A stretch of 64,000 nucleotides of DNA, taken from contig CAZDTP010000007.1 of the NCBI GenBank assembly GCA_964508365.1, positions 43,507 to 107,506 of the forward strand, in the 5' to 3' direction. The notes under the pieces were generated by a model. The model did no database searches. It worked only from the letters and a program-made list of their open reading frames with translations, and was not told the DNA's origin. A program made the position numbers and the translations under genes. The first letter of the stretch is position 1, and every line of letters begins with the position of its first letter. Positions 1 to 10,322 of this stretch are shown here, one piece after another. The stretch comes from an uncultured archaeon. GTDB lineage: Archaea; Asgardarchaeota; Lokiarchaeia; Sigyniarchaeales; SOKP01.

Positions 1-307
1 ATATGTGAGAGGTGCTCGTGGTGGTTTGTTCTTATACGATATTACTAATTTTTCCTCAATTGCTCACATTGACGATTGGCTCAGCATTATACGAAAGGAA
101 ATAAGAGCTGAAGAGATATTTCCCATTATAGTTGTCGGAGGAAAGGCAGATTTAGTAGAAAGCAGAGAAGTCGCATCTGCTGAAGGTATTAAGATTGCAA
201 AATCAAGAAATACAAATGGTTTTATTGAAACAAGCTCTAAAACTGGAGAAAATGTAGAAAAAACCTTTGAAGCATTAACGAGATTAATGCTTAATGACGC
301 AAGATAG
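1..307 (+). CDS. Rab-like small GTPase, C-terminal part (5' end lies outside the window)
   Basis: RGARGGLFLYDIT, VVGGKADL (G4 variant) and ETSSKTGENV (G5) motifs; the frame is open to the window edge and G1-G3 are missing. Confidence 0.85.
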   Translation, partial: YVRGARGGLFLYDITNFSSIAHIDDWLSIIRKEIRAEEIFPIIVVGGKADLVESREVASAEGIKIAKSRNTNGFIETSSKTGENVEKTFEALTRLMLNDAR

Positions 308-377
308 AGATTAAATAATTATACTCTACATATTAAATCATTTATTTGCAAAAAAAGCACTACTACTTATAACAATA

Positions 378-1244
378 TTATCTATTTATGATTTCAGTAA
401 TTTTTTCGGGTTCTTTAGTATTAATCCTCCGATTTAACACCATTGTCTGATACTCCATGTCCTTTTTATATTGGTTCGCATACCTAATTAACTGCTCGAT
501 AATTTCAATTTCTTCTTCTGCATCACTAATACGATACCCTCCAAAATTGGGTATTTCAGCGTAGTCCTTTTTTAGAATTTCTTGAAGCTCGCTGGGTAAC
601 ACATCGGTTCTATCTTTTAATGCTGAATTTATAGCGTCAATTAAATCTCTATATATCTCCTGTTTGCCGAACTGACATAAAACGCATTTCGAGCTTCTAT
701 TTTTAAGAATATATAGTATTATAATACCAATTAAGTATCTAAAAGATTCGACTACTTCATTGAAGATACCTTTTTTCATGTATTTTTTCACGATAATTTC
801 TGCAATTGAGTATAAACTTGAGAAATATATGGCTCTGTAAAAATAGGCGGGATCAACACAGAACAATCGTGTGAACCAAAAGGGACTAGTTTCGTAAGGT
901 GGATCTTCATGAAGGATATAGTTTACCAACCTTCCGTCCCGTTCTTTATATAGTGTCCTTTCTTTTTTTAGGATATTTAAATAGGTAGAAATAGTGGACC
1001 GAGCGATATCTTTAAAAAATTTCTTATACTCTAATTCTACGTCACGTGTTGTGACTTTTTTTTTCCCCTCGAGAAAGAATTTAAGCATGATGCCTAAAAT
1101 TCGATTCTCGTGAAGGCGTCCGGTCTTTATCTGTTGTTCTTCTGATTCATCTTCCCGTATGTTATAAATATCAATTAGTTCAGGAGCGATTTCGTGAATT
1201 ATTTTTTCTAAGATATAAATATTTAATTCAGTAATTTCTAACAA
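378..1244 (-). CDS. Winged-helix DNA-binding protein, hypothetical
   Basis: 288 aa; VTTRDVE...IARSTISTYLNILKKERTLYKERDGRLVNYIL fits a wHTH with wing; TTG start. Confidence 0.6.
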   Translation of the reverse strand: MLEITELNIYILEKIIHEIAPELIDIYNIREDESEEQQIKTGRLHENRILGIMLKFFLEGKKKVTTRDVELEYKKFFKDIARSTISTYLNILKKERTLYKERDGRLVNYILHEDPPYETSPFWFTRLFCVDPAYFYRAIYFSSLYSIAEIIVKKYMKKGIFNEVVESFRYLIGIIILYILKNRSSKCVLCQFGKQEIYRDLIDAINSALKDRTDVLPSELQEILKKDYAEIPNFGGYRISDAEEEIEIIEQLIRYANQYKKDMEYQTMVLNRRINTKEPEKITEIINR

Positions 1245-1450
1245 TCCTCAAAATTGATATTTAGTTAACTTATTAAAAAAAATGTAAACTTTTAATAATA
1301 TTTATTCTAGTTGAATAGAATATTAATTCTATCTAATAAAACTACTATAAATATGGTAAGTTTAGGAATTTTTTCATAATAATATTCAAAATTTAAAAAA
1401 TCTATAACAATTAAATAAATTCTAGTTTTTTAGGACTTCTTAAGTGGTGG

Positions 1451-3241
1451 CTATTGACCGTATTTTTCTTTCCAGATAGGGTCGTTTATTTGGAGAGCAC
1501 GCCGTTGAACCTTCCCTATGATGTTTTTTGGCAAATCCCCAATGATAGCAATACTTTGAGGTACCTTATAATGAGCCATATTTTCTTTAGCCCATTCTTT
1601 GATCGAATGTGGTGATAAATCAGAGTCTTCCCTTATCGAAACCCAAGCTTTTATCAATTCTCCTGACTGATCATCAGGTAAACCCGATACAGCGACTTCT
1701 AAGATATCCGGGTGTTTCATTAAGAGTTCCTCTACTTCTTTTGGAAAGACTGAAAAACCTTTGAACTTAATTAATTGTTTCTTACGGTCCCTAATTTCAA
1801 TTGTCCCATCCTCATTCATGAATCCAATATCACCCGTTAGCAACCATTTTTTTCCGTTGTATTCAATTAAAGTTTCAGCTGTCTCCTCGGGTTGGTCCAA
1901 ATACCCTTTCATTATCTGAGGACCAAAAATACATATTTCTCCAGTATGCTCAACTCCAAAATTAGTATCATCGGGATTTCCTAAACAAATCGGTCCTTTA
2001 GAAAAATCATCTGAGTGAAAAATACCCCATCCTGTTCCTGGAAAAGGCATACCTATTACCTCAACCGGACTCTCCCCAAATAAATTGCCTGCACTTACAG
2101 CGGGACTGGCTTCACTTAATCCATATCCTTCCACAATTCTCCCTCCCGTGTTTGTAACGAACGCGTCTCGCACTTGTTTATGTAAAGGTCCAGCGCTAGA
2201 AATACATAATTTAAATTTTCCCATTACTCCTGGATATCTTCTATTCAAATCTTTTAATTCGGCAAGCTTTATAAACAAAATTTCTGCCCCCGCGTATATC
2301 AAACCTTCCGAACATGGTAGCTTCTCTATTAGCTCACATAGCTCGTCTTGAGATGGTGGTGATGGGAAGAGCATCATCCAACCACCTATTGCAATAGAAG
2401 TGTTCATGACAATCGTGTGAGCAAAACTATGGAATAAAGGGAGTATGCCTATATTTCCTATATCTGGCATTTCCCCTCCTAACCACAGCTTGCATTGTTC
2501 TGCATTCGATACTACATTAAAATGGGTTAATACTGCAGCTTTCGGTAAACCTGTGGTTCCTCCTGTCATAATAAATGTGGCCGCATCCTTTTTTGCGTCA
2601 ATATTTATGTTTATATCGGCATCTCTTGGTTCAGTTTTCATAAGATCTTTGAATTTGATTGCTCCTTCGCAATCACATTTTCCTGTTGGAATTTTTTTTA
2701 AGAACTTTCCAAGAACTTTCTTAATTCCAAACATCTGAACTAAATCAACAAGGTTGCTATAAACTACAATTTCAATATCTGTATTTCCAATTATGGGGCT
2801 GATGTAAGATTCATATAACGAATCCAACGCAATTAGCATTTTAGGTTTAACAATATGTATTTGATGTAAAATTTCAATAGGCTGGTATGTTGGATTTATA
2901 CCAGTGGCAATTGCTCCTATCCGCGTAATAGCATAGTAAGACACGATATATTGAATGCAATTTGGTAGATGGATAGCTACGACGTCACCCTTCTTAATCC
3001 CTAAATCCACTAAAGCAGTAGCTAACCGCTTAACATAATCTTGAAATTGCTTATAAGTTACCCACGTGTCGAGAAACCATATTAGATTATGATCTGGATA
3101 CTTCTCAACTTGACCATCTAACATCTCATTCAAGGATTTTTCTTCAAACTCTGCGTTGTATGGCACACTTTTTGGCCACCACTTTTGAAACCATCTCTTA
3201 TTCTCGTCAATTTGGTATGGTTTGTTTTTACTAGTATACAT
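1451..3241 (-). CDS. Long-chain acyl-CoA synthetase (AMP-binding family)
   Basis: MTGGTTGLPKA P-loop, EGYGLSEASP, LTGDIG, DRKKQLIK and C-terminal PKNIIGKV motifs. Confidence 0.93.
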   Translation of the reverse strand: MYTSKNKPYQIDENKRWFQKWWPKSVPYNAEFEEKSLNEMLDGQVEKYPDHNLIWFLDTWVTYKQFQDYVKRLATALVDLGIKKGDVVAIHLPNCIQYIVSYYAITRIGAIATGINPTYQPIEILHQIHIVKPKMLIALDSLYESYISPIIGNTDIEIVVYSNLVDLVQMFGIKKVLGKFLKKIPTGKCDCEGAIKFKDLMKTEPRDADININIDAKKDAATFIMTGGTTGLPKAAVLTHFNVVSNAEQCKLWLGGEMPDIGNIGILPLFHSFAHTIVMNTSIAIGGWMMLFPSPPSQDELCELIEKLPCSEGLIYAGAEILFIKLAELKDLNRRYPGVMGKFKLCISSAGPLHKQVRDAFVTNTGGRIVEGYGLSEASPAVSAGNLFGESPVEVIGMPFPGTGWGIFHSDDFSKGPICLGNPDDTNFGVEHTGEICIFGPQIMKGYLDQPEETAETLIEYNGKKWLLTGDIGFMNEDGTIEIRDRKKQLIKFKGFSVFPKEVEELLMKHPDILEVAVSGLPDDQSGELIKAWVSIREDSDLSPHSIKEWAKENMAHYKVPQSIAIIGDLPKNIIGKVQRRALQINDPIWKEKYGQ

Positions 3242-3381
3242 TTCACGTCTTACCTTATTTTTTCTAATAATAATTGAATAAGATAATTTTGATAACTCTG
3301 AATTTAAAATTATCCTTAACGATATTAAAGCCAGAAAAATAAAAAAATAAAAAAAAGAGTGGTATTTAATTTGATTGAGTC

Positions 3382-5508
3382 CTAAAATCTCGAATCTTTA
3401 CGCCTTTTAATTAAAATAGTAGCAACACCAAGTAAACCTACACCAGCAACCAAGAGAATTAAAGCCCAGAAACCTGTGGCTTCAAAAACCATGAACACGC
3501 TGAACGTAGGATCGTGCCATATACCACTTCCTTTTTCGAACATTGGGAAGCAAATAGCGTAAACCATAACGCTAAGGGTAACATTTAAGCCAATATCGGC
3601 AGCAAAAGTATCTACTTCACCTGGTGTTCCTTCGAAAGTCTCATGCTTATCTTTTTCAACTTCAAACAAAGCAACTGGAAGGATGCTCGTGTTTGCAGGT
3701 GCACTCGTAATTGTTCCTTCCGGACCATAGAGGTAATCAGGTCCAGCGATATCGACAAAAGCTAATTTTTCCCTTATATTCTGAGGTAAATAATTACCAA
3801 TCTTAAGCGAACGAGTTGTTTCGTCGTAATCTTCTGCGGGATCTAATGCTTCGAGGGGGTCGTCACCAATAGTGTCGATTTTAAGGTGGAAGTGTAATAC
3901 TGTTGAAACATAAACTATTGCGAGATCTAATCCAGCAATAGGGTTATTTGCACCTGGTGCATCAGGTCCGTTCCAAGGAGCAAAGAATTGATCTAACTTT
4001 ACAGCACCATGTAAAACAGGTATCTTACTACCATCAGCAGCATCTAATTCTTCGTGTTTTGGCTCAAAAGTAAATCCAAATTGTATATATGCTAGGGATT
4101 CTGGAGTAGCTCCTAAGTATGAATCTGATTCTATTCCAACAGGAACTGGATTAAGTGTGGCTTGTTTTAATGTTAAGCCCCAAGAAACCTTATTACCATC
4201 TTTTATAGGCAAATTAAAATCAAATTCACTTACCGCACCAAGCATTAATCGATGAGTTAATTCCGATCCACGAGGAACCTCTATAGGACGTCCGTCTACT
4301 AAAATCGGATCACCAGCAGAATTGTTTAGTTGTATATAATTTGCAGATATTCTATTATCAAAATTCGTATCGTTATACAAGAAAGCTCCAGTTAAGTGAT
4401 GTGTGAACAAGAAAAATTCTATATCTAAACCCTGAAAGATTGCAGCAGGATTAACAGGGCCGCTACCACCACCCAATAAATTCAAAATCTCGGCGACATC
4501 AATGTGTATTTCGAAATTTTTAACCCATAATTGAAATAGATCGAAAGTAAATTCGTTAATTTCCTTTTTAACATTAGCATAAACGTCAAATTCGGTTAAT
4601 AACCACTCCATATAACTGTCTTGTCTAACTTGAGCGGTTAAGTTCCATGAATCTAATATTGTACTTCCTTCCGGAACTTCTGCTTCTAATGTGAAATCAG
4701 AATCATCTCTCCCATCTTCACCAGTAACTTTCCAAGTTTTACTAAGACCAAATCCTGCACCTGTTATAATTTCTAACTTCCGCCATGAAATTGGATTTAA
4801 TACAAACAACTCTTCGCCCGTAAAAATGTCGTTAATATGAATTAAAAACCAAGTAATCAACTCAACGCCCTTTTGAATTAATTTATCGGGAATTCCTCCA
4901 ATAGTAGAAGGACCAGTTATTGTAGGACTTGAGGACATAGGACCACCCATGTAAGGTTGAATTTCAAGGAAAAAATCAATGATTTTTTTCACTGCATTGA
5001 CAAAAGAGCCATCGTTATCCCATATAATTAAAGTAACTCCAGCACCTACGGTTAAATTATACTGGTATGTTCCAGAGGTTTCAACTTCGCAATAAGCATA
5101 TCCATATTCACTCACATTATACGATCCTGCGATGTAATCAAAAGGAACCATGTAATATTCTTTCCTTGGACTGCTGAAATCTCTTAAGGCAGAATAAGTA
5201 TTTTCTTGTGTTGCGCTTAGCGCATACACTCCCGGCATGATTTCCTTACCGCTAAAGTTCGTTAATGTTTGCATAAACAACATTTCAAATACTGTCGCTA
5301 AAACATTACCCCCGGGACCTAAACCCCTAAACATCATACCAAATATGCTTCCAAAACCCCCGATAAGAGCAGTGGGTTCTAAATTTCCAAGTTGGTCGTA
5401 AGTATAATCATTGTCGTTTTCGTAACCAGCTACCATCATTGGCGTGGCTGTAAAAGAAGCTACCACTAATGTTATAACCATTAGACTTTTAGTGCTTACT
5501 TTTTTCAT
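3382..5508 (-). CDS. Large secreted protein with C-terminal membrane anchor (putative cell-surface protein)
   Basis: 708 aa; N-terminal signal-like hydrophobic segment, several N-x-S/T sequons, C-terminal TM followed by KRRKDSRF. Confidence 0.75.
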   Translation of the reverse strand: MKKVSTKSLMVITLVVASFTATPMMVAGYENDNDYTYDQLGNLEPTALIGGFGSIFGMMFRGLGPGGNVLATVFEMLFMQTLTNFSGKEIMPGVYALSATQENTYSALRDFSSPRKEYYMVPFDYIAGSYNVSEYGYAYCEVETSGTYQYNLTVGAGVTLIIWDNDGSFVNAVKKIIDFFLEIQPYMGGPMSSSPTITGPSTIGGIPDKLIQKGVELITWFLIHINDIFTGEELFVLNPISWRKLEIITGAGFGLSKTWKVTGEDGRDDSDFTLEAEVPEGSTILDSWNLTAQVRQDSYMEWLLTEFDVYANVKKEINEFTFDLFQLWVKNFEIHIDVAEILNLLGGGSGPVNPAAIFQGLDIEFFLFTHHLTGAFLYNDTNFDNRISANYIQLNNSAGDPILVDGRPIEVPRGSELTHRLMLGAVSEFDFNLPIKDGNKVSWGLTLKQATLNPVPVGIESDSYLGATPESLAYIQFGFTFEPKHEELDAADGSKIPVLHGAVKLDQFFAPWNGPDAPGANNPIAGLDLAIVYVSTVLHFHLKIDTIGDDPLEALDPAEDYDETTRSLKIGNYLPQNIREKLAFVDIAGPDYLYGPEGTITSAPANTSILPVALFEVEKDKHETFEGTPGEVDTFAADIGLNVTLSVMVYAICFPMFEKGSGIWHDPTFSVFMVFEATGFWALILLVAGVGLLGVATILIKRRKDSRF

Positions 5509-5820
5509 TATTTATGATCACATTGTTTTTTTTTAAATTTGGGTACTTAAAATAGGAATATCCTTTTTGTTTTTAATTGTTTATATTCTAATTCAATAGA
5601 AAATTTAAAATTAAGAGTTTTATCCTTACTAAATTTCGTGATTTCAGTATCATAAATTGTTTCGGTTAAATTAATTAATAATTTTGATATTTCTTTTAAT
5701 TTAATGCATGGTTGATTTAATCCAATATCTAAATTAATTGTCCTTAATAAATTCTCTACAGATGATAATTAAACGGAGTAAAAAACAAGAAAAGTTGAAA
5801 ATAAATGTAACAATTAAAAT

Positions 5821-6828
5821 CTATTCATCTAAAGTAATGAAAGTGTAAAATAACACGAAGATGTATAATATCGCTGAAATCAATAAACTCGATACCCTCA
5901 AAAATCCTGAGATTTCATCAGTTGTTAAAATCACATTTGAACCAATAAACACCGCTGCGATTAAATACCCTAGAAAATAGCTTTTAAAACTGCCATATTT
6001 TGACCTACCCCTTATAAGATTAATGAGGTACGTAAGGATTACGATTACTAAACCCGCAGTATAGATCAGGTCAACGATGGGATAGTTATATAAGTCCAAA
6101 TACAAAAAAAATCCAAAAAGAAATACCACTAAAACCTTCACATTTGTAAAACTCTTTTTTTGAGTGGTGTCTACAAATAATTGCTCGTACTCGCTAATAC
6201 CTGAATTAGAACACAAAATAATAAGAGAGCCGATTGATAAGGCTGTGAATAGGGAATAAGATATTTTAAAAAGATAATCAATAATGTTAAGCCAAATGTT
6301 ATTCCATAGGAAAAGAGGTAGTTCTAAAAATTCAGGTATTATACTCACAGTACAGAAGATCGGGATTAGAGACGCTAAAACCATTACAAGCTTTGTTAAA
6401 AAGGAGGTTTTTGTATCTTCTTCCCAACTATCTTTTCTAAAAGTTGTTAAGCGCCATGCAAAAGAAGCAAAACTTAAAATAGAAATTACTGGGGTTATGA
6501 TTGGAAAGACAAATATAAAGAGAATATAAACAGCATTGATTCCATAAAAAAATTTTAACCTTGATGGGACCACACTTATTTTATCATCAAAGGATTCCAT
6601 TGTGTTAGCAAATCGATTCGCAAATAATATTAGGAAAAATAACCAAGATACACTATAAACAATAGGGCTTAGAATTTTTATGACAATAAAATTCAAACTT
6701 GCATCGTTAGAATACCATAAGTTAAAGTCAACAAATGAAAATATCAAAAAAATACTCAACGGTACTAAAATAATAGCAAGCAAAACAATTAAACGAGGGA
6801 TTAATATTCCCTTAACAGTTTTCGTCAT
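5821..6828 (-). CDS. Polytopic membrane protein, hypothetical
   Basis: 335 aa with about 9-10 hydrophobic segments; no recognised motif. Confidence 0.7.
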   Translation of the reverse strand: MTKTVKGILIPRLIVLLAIILVPLSIFLIFSFVDFNLWYSNDASLNFIVIKILSPIVYSVSWLFFLILFANRFANTMESFDDKISVVPSRLKFFYGINAVYILFIFVFPIITPVISILSFASFAWRLTTFRKDSWEEDTKTSFLTKLVMVLASLIPIFCTVSIIPEFLELPLFLWNNIWLNIIDYLFKISYSLFTALSIGSLIILCSNSGISEYEQLFVDTTQKKSFTNVKVLVVFLFGFFLYLDLYNYPIVDLIYTAGLVIVILTYLINLIRGRSKYGSFKSYFLGYLIAAVFIGSNVILTTDEISGFLRVSSLLISAILYIFVLFYTFITLDE

Positions 6829-7001
6829 CGATCACGTACACTTATCCTCTTTTAATAACTATATATATAATGATGATACGATATTTTAAAATCTCTGTTT
6901 TATATGTGTATCTTTGAGGAATCTAATTTATCTAGTGATTTAAAAAAAGAAAAAAAAAAAATAAAATGATATGGGTATTTATCTTCTGTTTCCTAATTAT
7001 T

Positions 7002-7736
7002 TCACGCCTTCATTCCACAATTAGTACAAAAATCATTACCTGCAACAAGTTTAGCTCCACAGTTAGTGCAATGATCACTATCTAAAATGGGTTCTTTATC
7101 ATCTTCAACTTTCGCTTTAGATTTCTTACTTTTTTGTCTACTTCCCGCTCCAGTTGGCTTATATTTCAAACTGCCAATAAATCCACCAAAAACAGCACCT
7201 ACAAGACAGCCTTCTAAAATAGCTGTAGATACGGCTAAAACATAGGGTAAATCAGTTAAACCCATTACTACTCCGTTAATTATCCCCCCAATGATAGGGC
7301 CGATAACAGGGATCAGAGGTAATAAGAAATATAATAGTAAAGCAATGATTAAATACCCGATTCCAATAGCAAGACATGTTCGAATGCCTTTACCTGGCGT
7401 TTTAGCGTTTATACCGCATATCATCGAACAAGCTAATATCCAAGGCAATGTAACGGAGATTAACAACAATACGTCATCGGGGCGATAAATTAAGCACCAA
7501 TGAATAGGAAATATTAGGATTAATATGAGTCCCAAAAATGCTCCCGCGAGAATACCAAGAATACCGCCAATTCCTGGCAATAATGACCCTAAAGAACTTA
7601 GGGCGACATTTACATTTACGATTAAATCTCCTGTAACGCTTGCAGTTAGGTCTAAGAATTGAAAACTAATCCAGGATGTTAATAAAAGAAATATCATTCC
7701 TACGATTCCTGTCCAAAGTACACGTCCAAATCCCAT
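7002..7736 (-). CDS. Membrane protein with C-terminal zinc ribbon
   Basis: Gly-rich TM helices, basic linker, then CTNCG...FCTNCG. Confidence 0.75.
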   Translation of the reverse strand: MGFGRVLWTGIVGMIFLLLTSWISFQFLDLTASVTGDLIVNVNVALSSLGSLLPGIGGILGILAGAFLGLILILIFPIHWCLIYRPDDVLLLISVTLPWILACSMICGINAKTPGKGIRTCLAIGIGYLIIALLLYFLLPLIPVIGPIIGGIINGVVMGLTDLPYVLAVSTAILEGCLVGAVFGGFIGSLKYKPTGAGSRQKSKKSKAKVEDDKEPILDSDHCTNCGAKLVAGNDFCTNCGMKA

Positions 7737-7993
7737 GTGAAATTTTCTCGAATTCTTAATTCAATTTTATTTGATTTAATGATATTACATACTTATTATT
7801 TGAAACATGCTTCGATTATTTAAAATTTTGTTTTTATCATTTTTATAGAAAATCTACACAATATTTTATAACAATTTTGAAAGTTCTGAACTATTTTAGA
7901 AAGGGAGAAACACAAGGTCAATGATTTTAAAATTGGGATGATCTCTGGGTGATATAAATAAAATTTGAGATAAAAAAAGTTAAATAAAATTAG

Positions 7994-8686
7994 TTATTTA
8001 ATGTTGAGAATTGCTCCTTTTTCCATTTTAACAACTTTATCAGCATAGGACGCTAAGGAACCTCTATGGGTTACAACTATTACAGTAGTTTCCATATCTT
8101 TATTGATTTCCTTTAACAGATCCATAACTTGCTTTTCAGATTCCGGATCGAGATTTCCCGTAGGTTCATCAGCTAAAAGTACTCTGGGTCGATGGATAAT
8201 GGCTCTAGCGAGACCACACCTTTGTTTTTCGCCACCAGACATCTGAACTGGATAATGATCTTTTCTTTCAAGTAAGTTCACTTCTCTTAACGCAGCTATC
8301 GCTCGGTTTTCAATTTCTTTTTCTCGTAAAACTGTTGGCCATAAGAGGGCTTCAACATTTTCAATTGCTGTTAGAGTAGGTATTAAGTTAAAATCTTGAA
8401 AAACAAAACCGATTTTTTGTCTCCTTATCCGGCTTAATCTATCTTCTGTAGCCCTCGCTATATTTTCTCCATCAAATATTATTTTTCCAGAATCAGGTAT
8501 GTCGATTCCGCTTAAAACATTAAGGAGCGTACTTTTACCACATCCCGTTGGACCCTGAACTAATACAAATTCACCTGCTTTAATACTAAGGCTTACATCA
8601 GCTAAAGCTCTAATTATTGCTCCGGATCTTCTATATTCTTTATTAACATCGATTGCTTCAATCATGGTATCTTTATCTATTGGCAT
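7994..8686 (-). CDS. ABC transporter ATP-binding protein (LolD/MacB/FtsE-like)
   Basis: Walker A GPTGCGKST, Q-loop GFVFQDFNL, signature MSGGEKQR, Walker B LLADEPTGNLD, H-loop VVTH. Confidence 0.95.
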   Translation of the reverse strand: MPIDKDTMIEAIDVNKEYRRSGAIIRALADVSLSIKAGEFVLVQGPTGCGKSTLLNVLSGIDIPDSGKIIFDGENIARATEDRLSRIRRQKIGFVFQDFNLIPTLTAIENVEALLWPTVLREKEIENRAIAALREVNLLERKDHYPVQMSGGEKQRCGLARAIIHRPRVLLADEPTGNLDPESEKQVMDLLKEINKDMETTVIVVTHRGSLASYADKVVKMEKGAILNIK

Positions 8687-8699
8687 TTTTTAATCCTCC

Positions 8700-9254
8700 T
8701 CATTCACCTACTTTTTTTAATGCAATTATTGGCCTTACTTTCAAGATTTTCCGATTCGCTAAAACAATTGCTACCATTTGAACTACGATAAATATAAAAC
8801 TCGTTAAAATTACAGGAATTAACCCAATTAATGTCAATGGGAGAGATACTGATATAGCAGCAGATTGAAGATAACCAATTACTGCAGTATAGTGAAACAA
8901 GAGTTCAATGACTATGATAAATCCCATTAATGTCGTAAATAGGATTTTACCTGTAACCAATGAATTGATATTTTTGTTTGTATAGCCAATGCATTTTAAT
9001 GTTGCCCAGGTTCTCCTATTTCGAGACACGATAATCCACGCGTAAAGTAACGATAAAAATAGACTTGTTCCAAAAAAAATCAATACAAAATATCCCGCAA
9101 TTTCACCAATTTCACCTGTAATAGCCAATTCCCAAAATAAACTCGTAATGAAAATCAACGAGGTGTAAATTAGCGTAAAAACAGAAAATAATTTCTTTTC
9201 TCTCAGAGTCATTAGAACCGCTTTTTTCCACATTCTAAAAGCCATAAATTTCAC
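8700..9254 (-). CDS. Short FtsX-like ABC permease
   Basis: SRNRRTWATLKCIGYT matches the FtsX 'R..E.A.LKA.G' coupling motif; C-terminal RPIIALK; about 4 TM; 13 nt upstream of the ATPase gene. Confidence 0.75.
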   Translation of the reverse strand: MKFMAFRMWKKAVLMTLREKKLFSVFTLIYTSLIFITSLFWELAITGEIGEIAGYFVLIFFGTSLFLSLLYAWIIVSRNRRTWATLKCIGYTNKNINSLVTGKILFTTLMGFIIVIELLFHYTAVIGYLQSAAISVSLPLTLIGLIPVILTSFIFIVVQMVAIVLANRKILKVRPIIALKKVGE

Positions 9255-9332
9255 CGTTTGCTAAAAATTAATTTTTTATATGAATTGTTTGTATAGTTAT
9301 ATAATAAGATTATTATTTTAATTTTGGGTATC

Positions 9333-9737
9333 ATGTCTGTAGAAATTGAATCAATTATTGATGATCTCCTCTCTGAAGAAGAAAATATTTTTGGAGTAGC
9401 AATTATTAACAAATCTGGCACGCTTATCACACAAACTGAAAATTGGAATCTTAGCAACGATTTAGAAACGATTAACGAATTGCTTGGAGCCAAATTAGAG
9501 TTGGGACAACGAGGTATGACAAGTCTAACAATTCAAGGAATTAAATATATGATCGTCGAAAATACTGAAGAAAGAAAGATCGGAACCAATATTACGGGAA
9601 AAGGTCATGTTATTATATCACCAATTCCAATAGGTGGAACGGGTGCGTTAATTTGTTATATAAATCCTCAAGCCGGACCCCGAGACGCCTTATTTACCGT
9701 TCAATCTTACGCATTGAAACTACAAAAGCTAGTATAA
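9333..9737 (+). CDS. Asgard (Loki-type) profilin
   Basis: ITQTENWN...IQGIKYMIVENTEERKIGTNITGKGHV...PIPIGG.GALI.Y.NP.AGPRD closely matches Lokiarchaeal profilin as I recall it; ATG at 9333. Confidence 0.9.
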   Translation: MSVEIESIIDDLLSEEENIFGVAIINKSGTLITQTENWNLSNDLETINELLGAKLELGQRGMTSLTIQGIKYMIVENTEERKIGTNITGKGHVIISPIPIGGTGALICYINPQAGPRDALFTVQSYALKLQKLV

Positions 9738-9859
9738 ATTTTTTTATCCTTTTTTTATAGAATTGACAATGTTATCCTCATAATTAACTAGTCTGAAAAT
9801 AAATCTCTAATAATAAATCTTTAATTATAAATATTGATTCACAAATTATATAAAAAAAA

Positions 9860-10255
9860 TTGACAAAAGAGAGAAAAAAAATGCTAAATCAAATAGATGA
9901 GGTCTTATTCTCATATCTTATAACCTATCTACCGAACGTACTATCAATTACTTTCAATATTGTACTCCTAGTTTTTGCGATCTTAATATGTAAGAGAAAT
10001 TCATATAGTTATGGAATTACACTTATGCTCTCTTCAATCATATCATTAGCTTCAGAAATTATCTATATTTTCATTCAATATCCAATTTTGAGATATCGAT
10101 TGCAGGTAGAATTAGGGTTTCCTATGGGTGTAGTGATGCTAATAGTTACGACTGTATTTCTCGTTCTTATGAGTTTAAATGCGACAAGTGCAATATTGAT
10201 GGTTGTCTCAATATCTCTGATATATAAAACCCATAAAAAAGATAGAATTGATTAG
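9860..10255 (+). CDS. Small membrane protein, hypothetical
   Basis: About 3 TM segments, 131 aa; the start could be the ATG at 9881. Confidence 0.55.
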   Translation: MTKERKKMLNQIDEVLFSYLITYLPNVLSITFNIVLLVFAILICKRNSYSYGITLMLSSIISLASEIIYIFIQYPILRYRLQVELGFPMGVVMLIVTTVFLVLMSLNATSAILMVVSISLIYKTHKKDRID

Positions 10256-10322
10256 AATTGCAATCCTTACAATAGATTCAAAGAAATATCCAGACTTACA
10301 GAGCTAACACATCTCATTTTTT

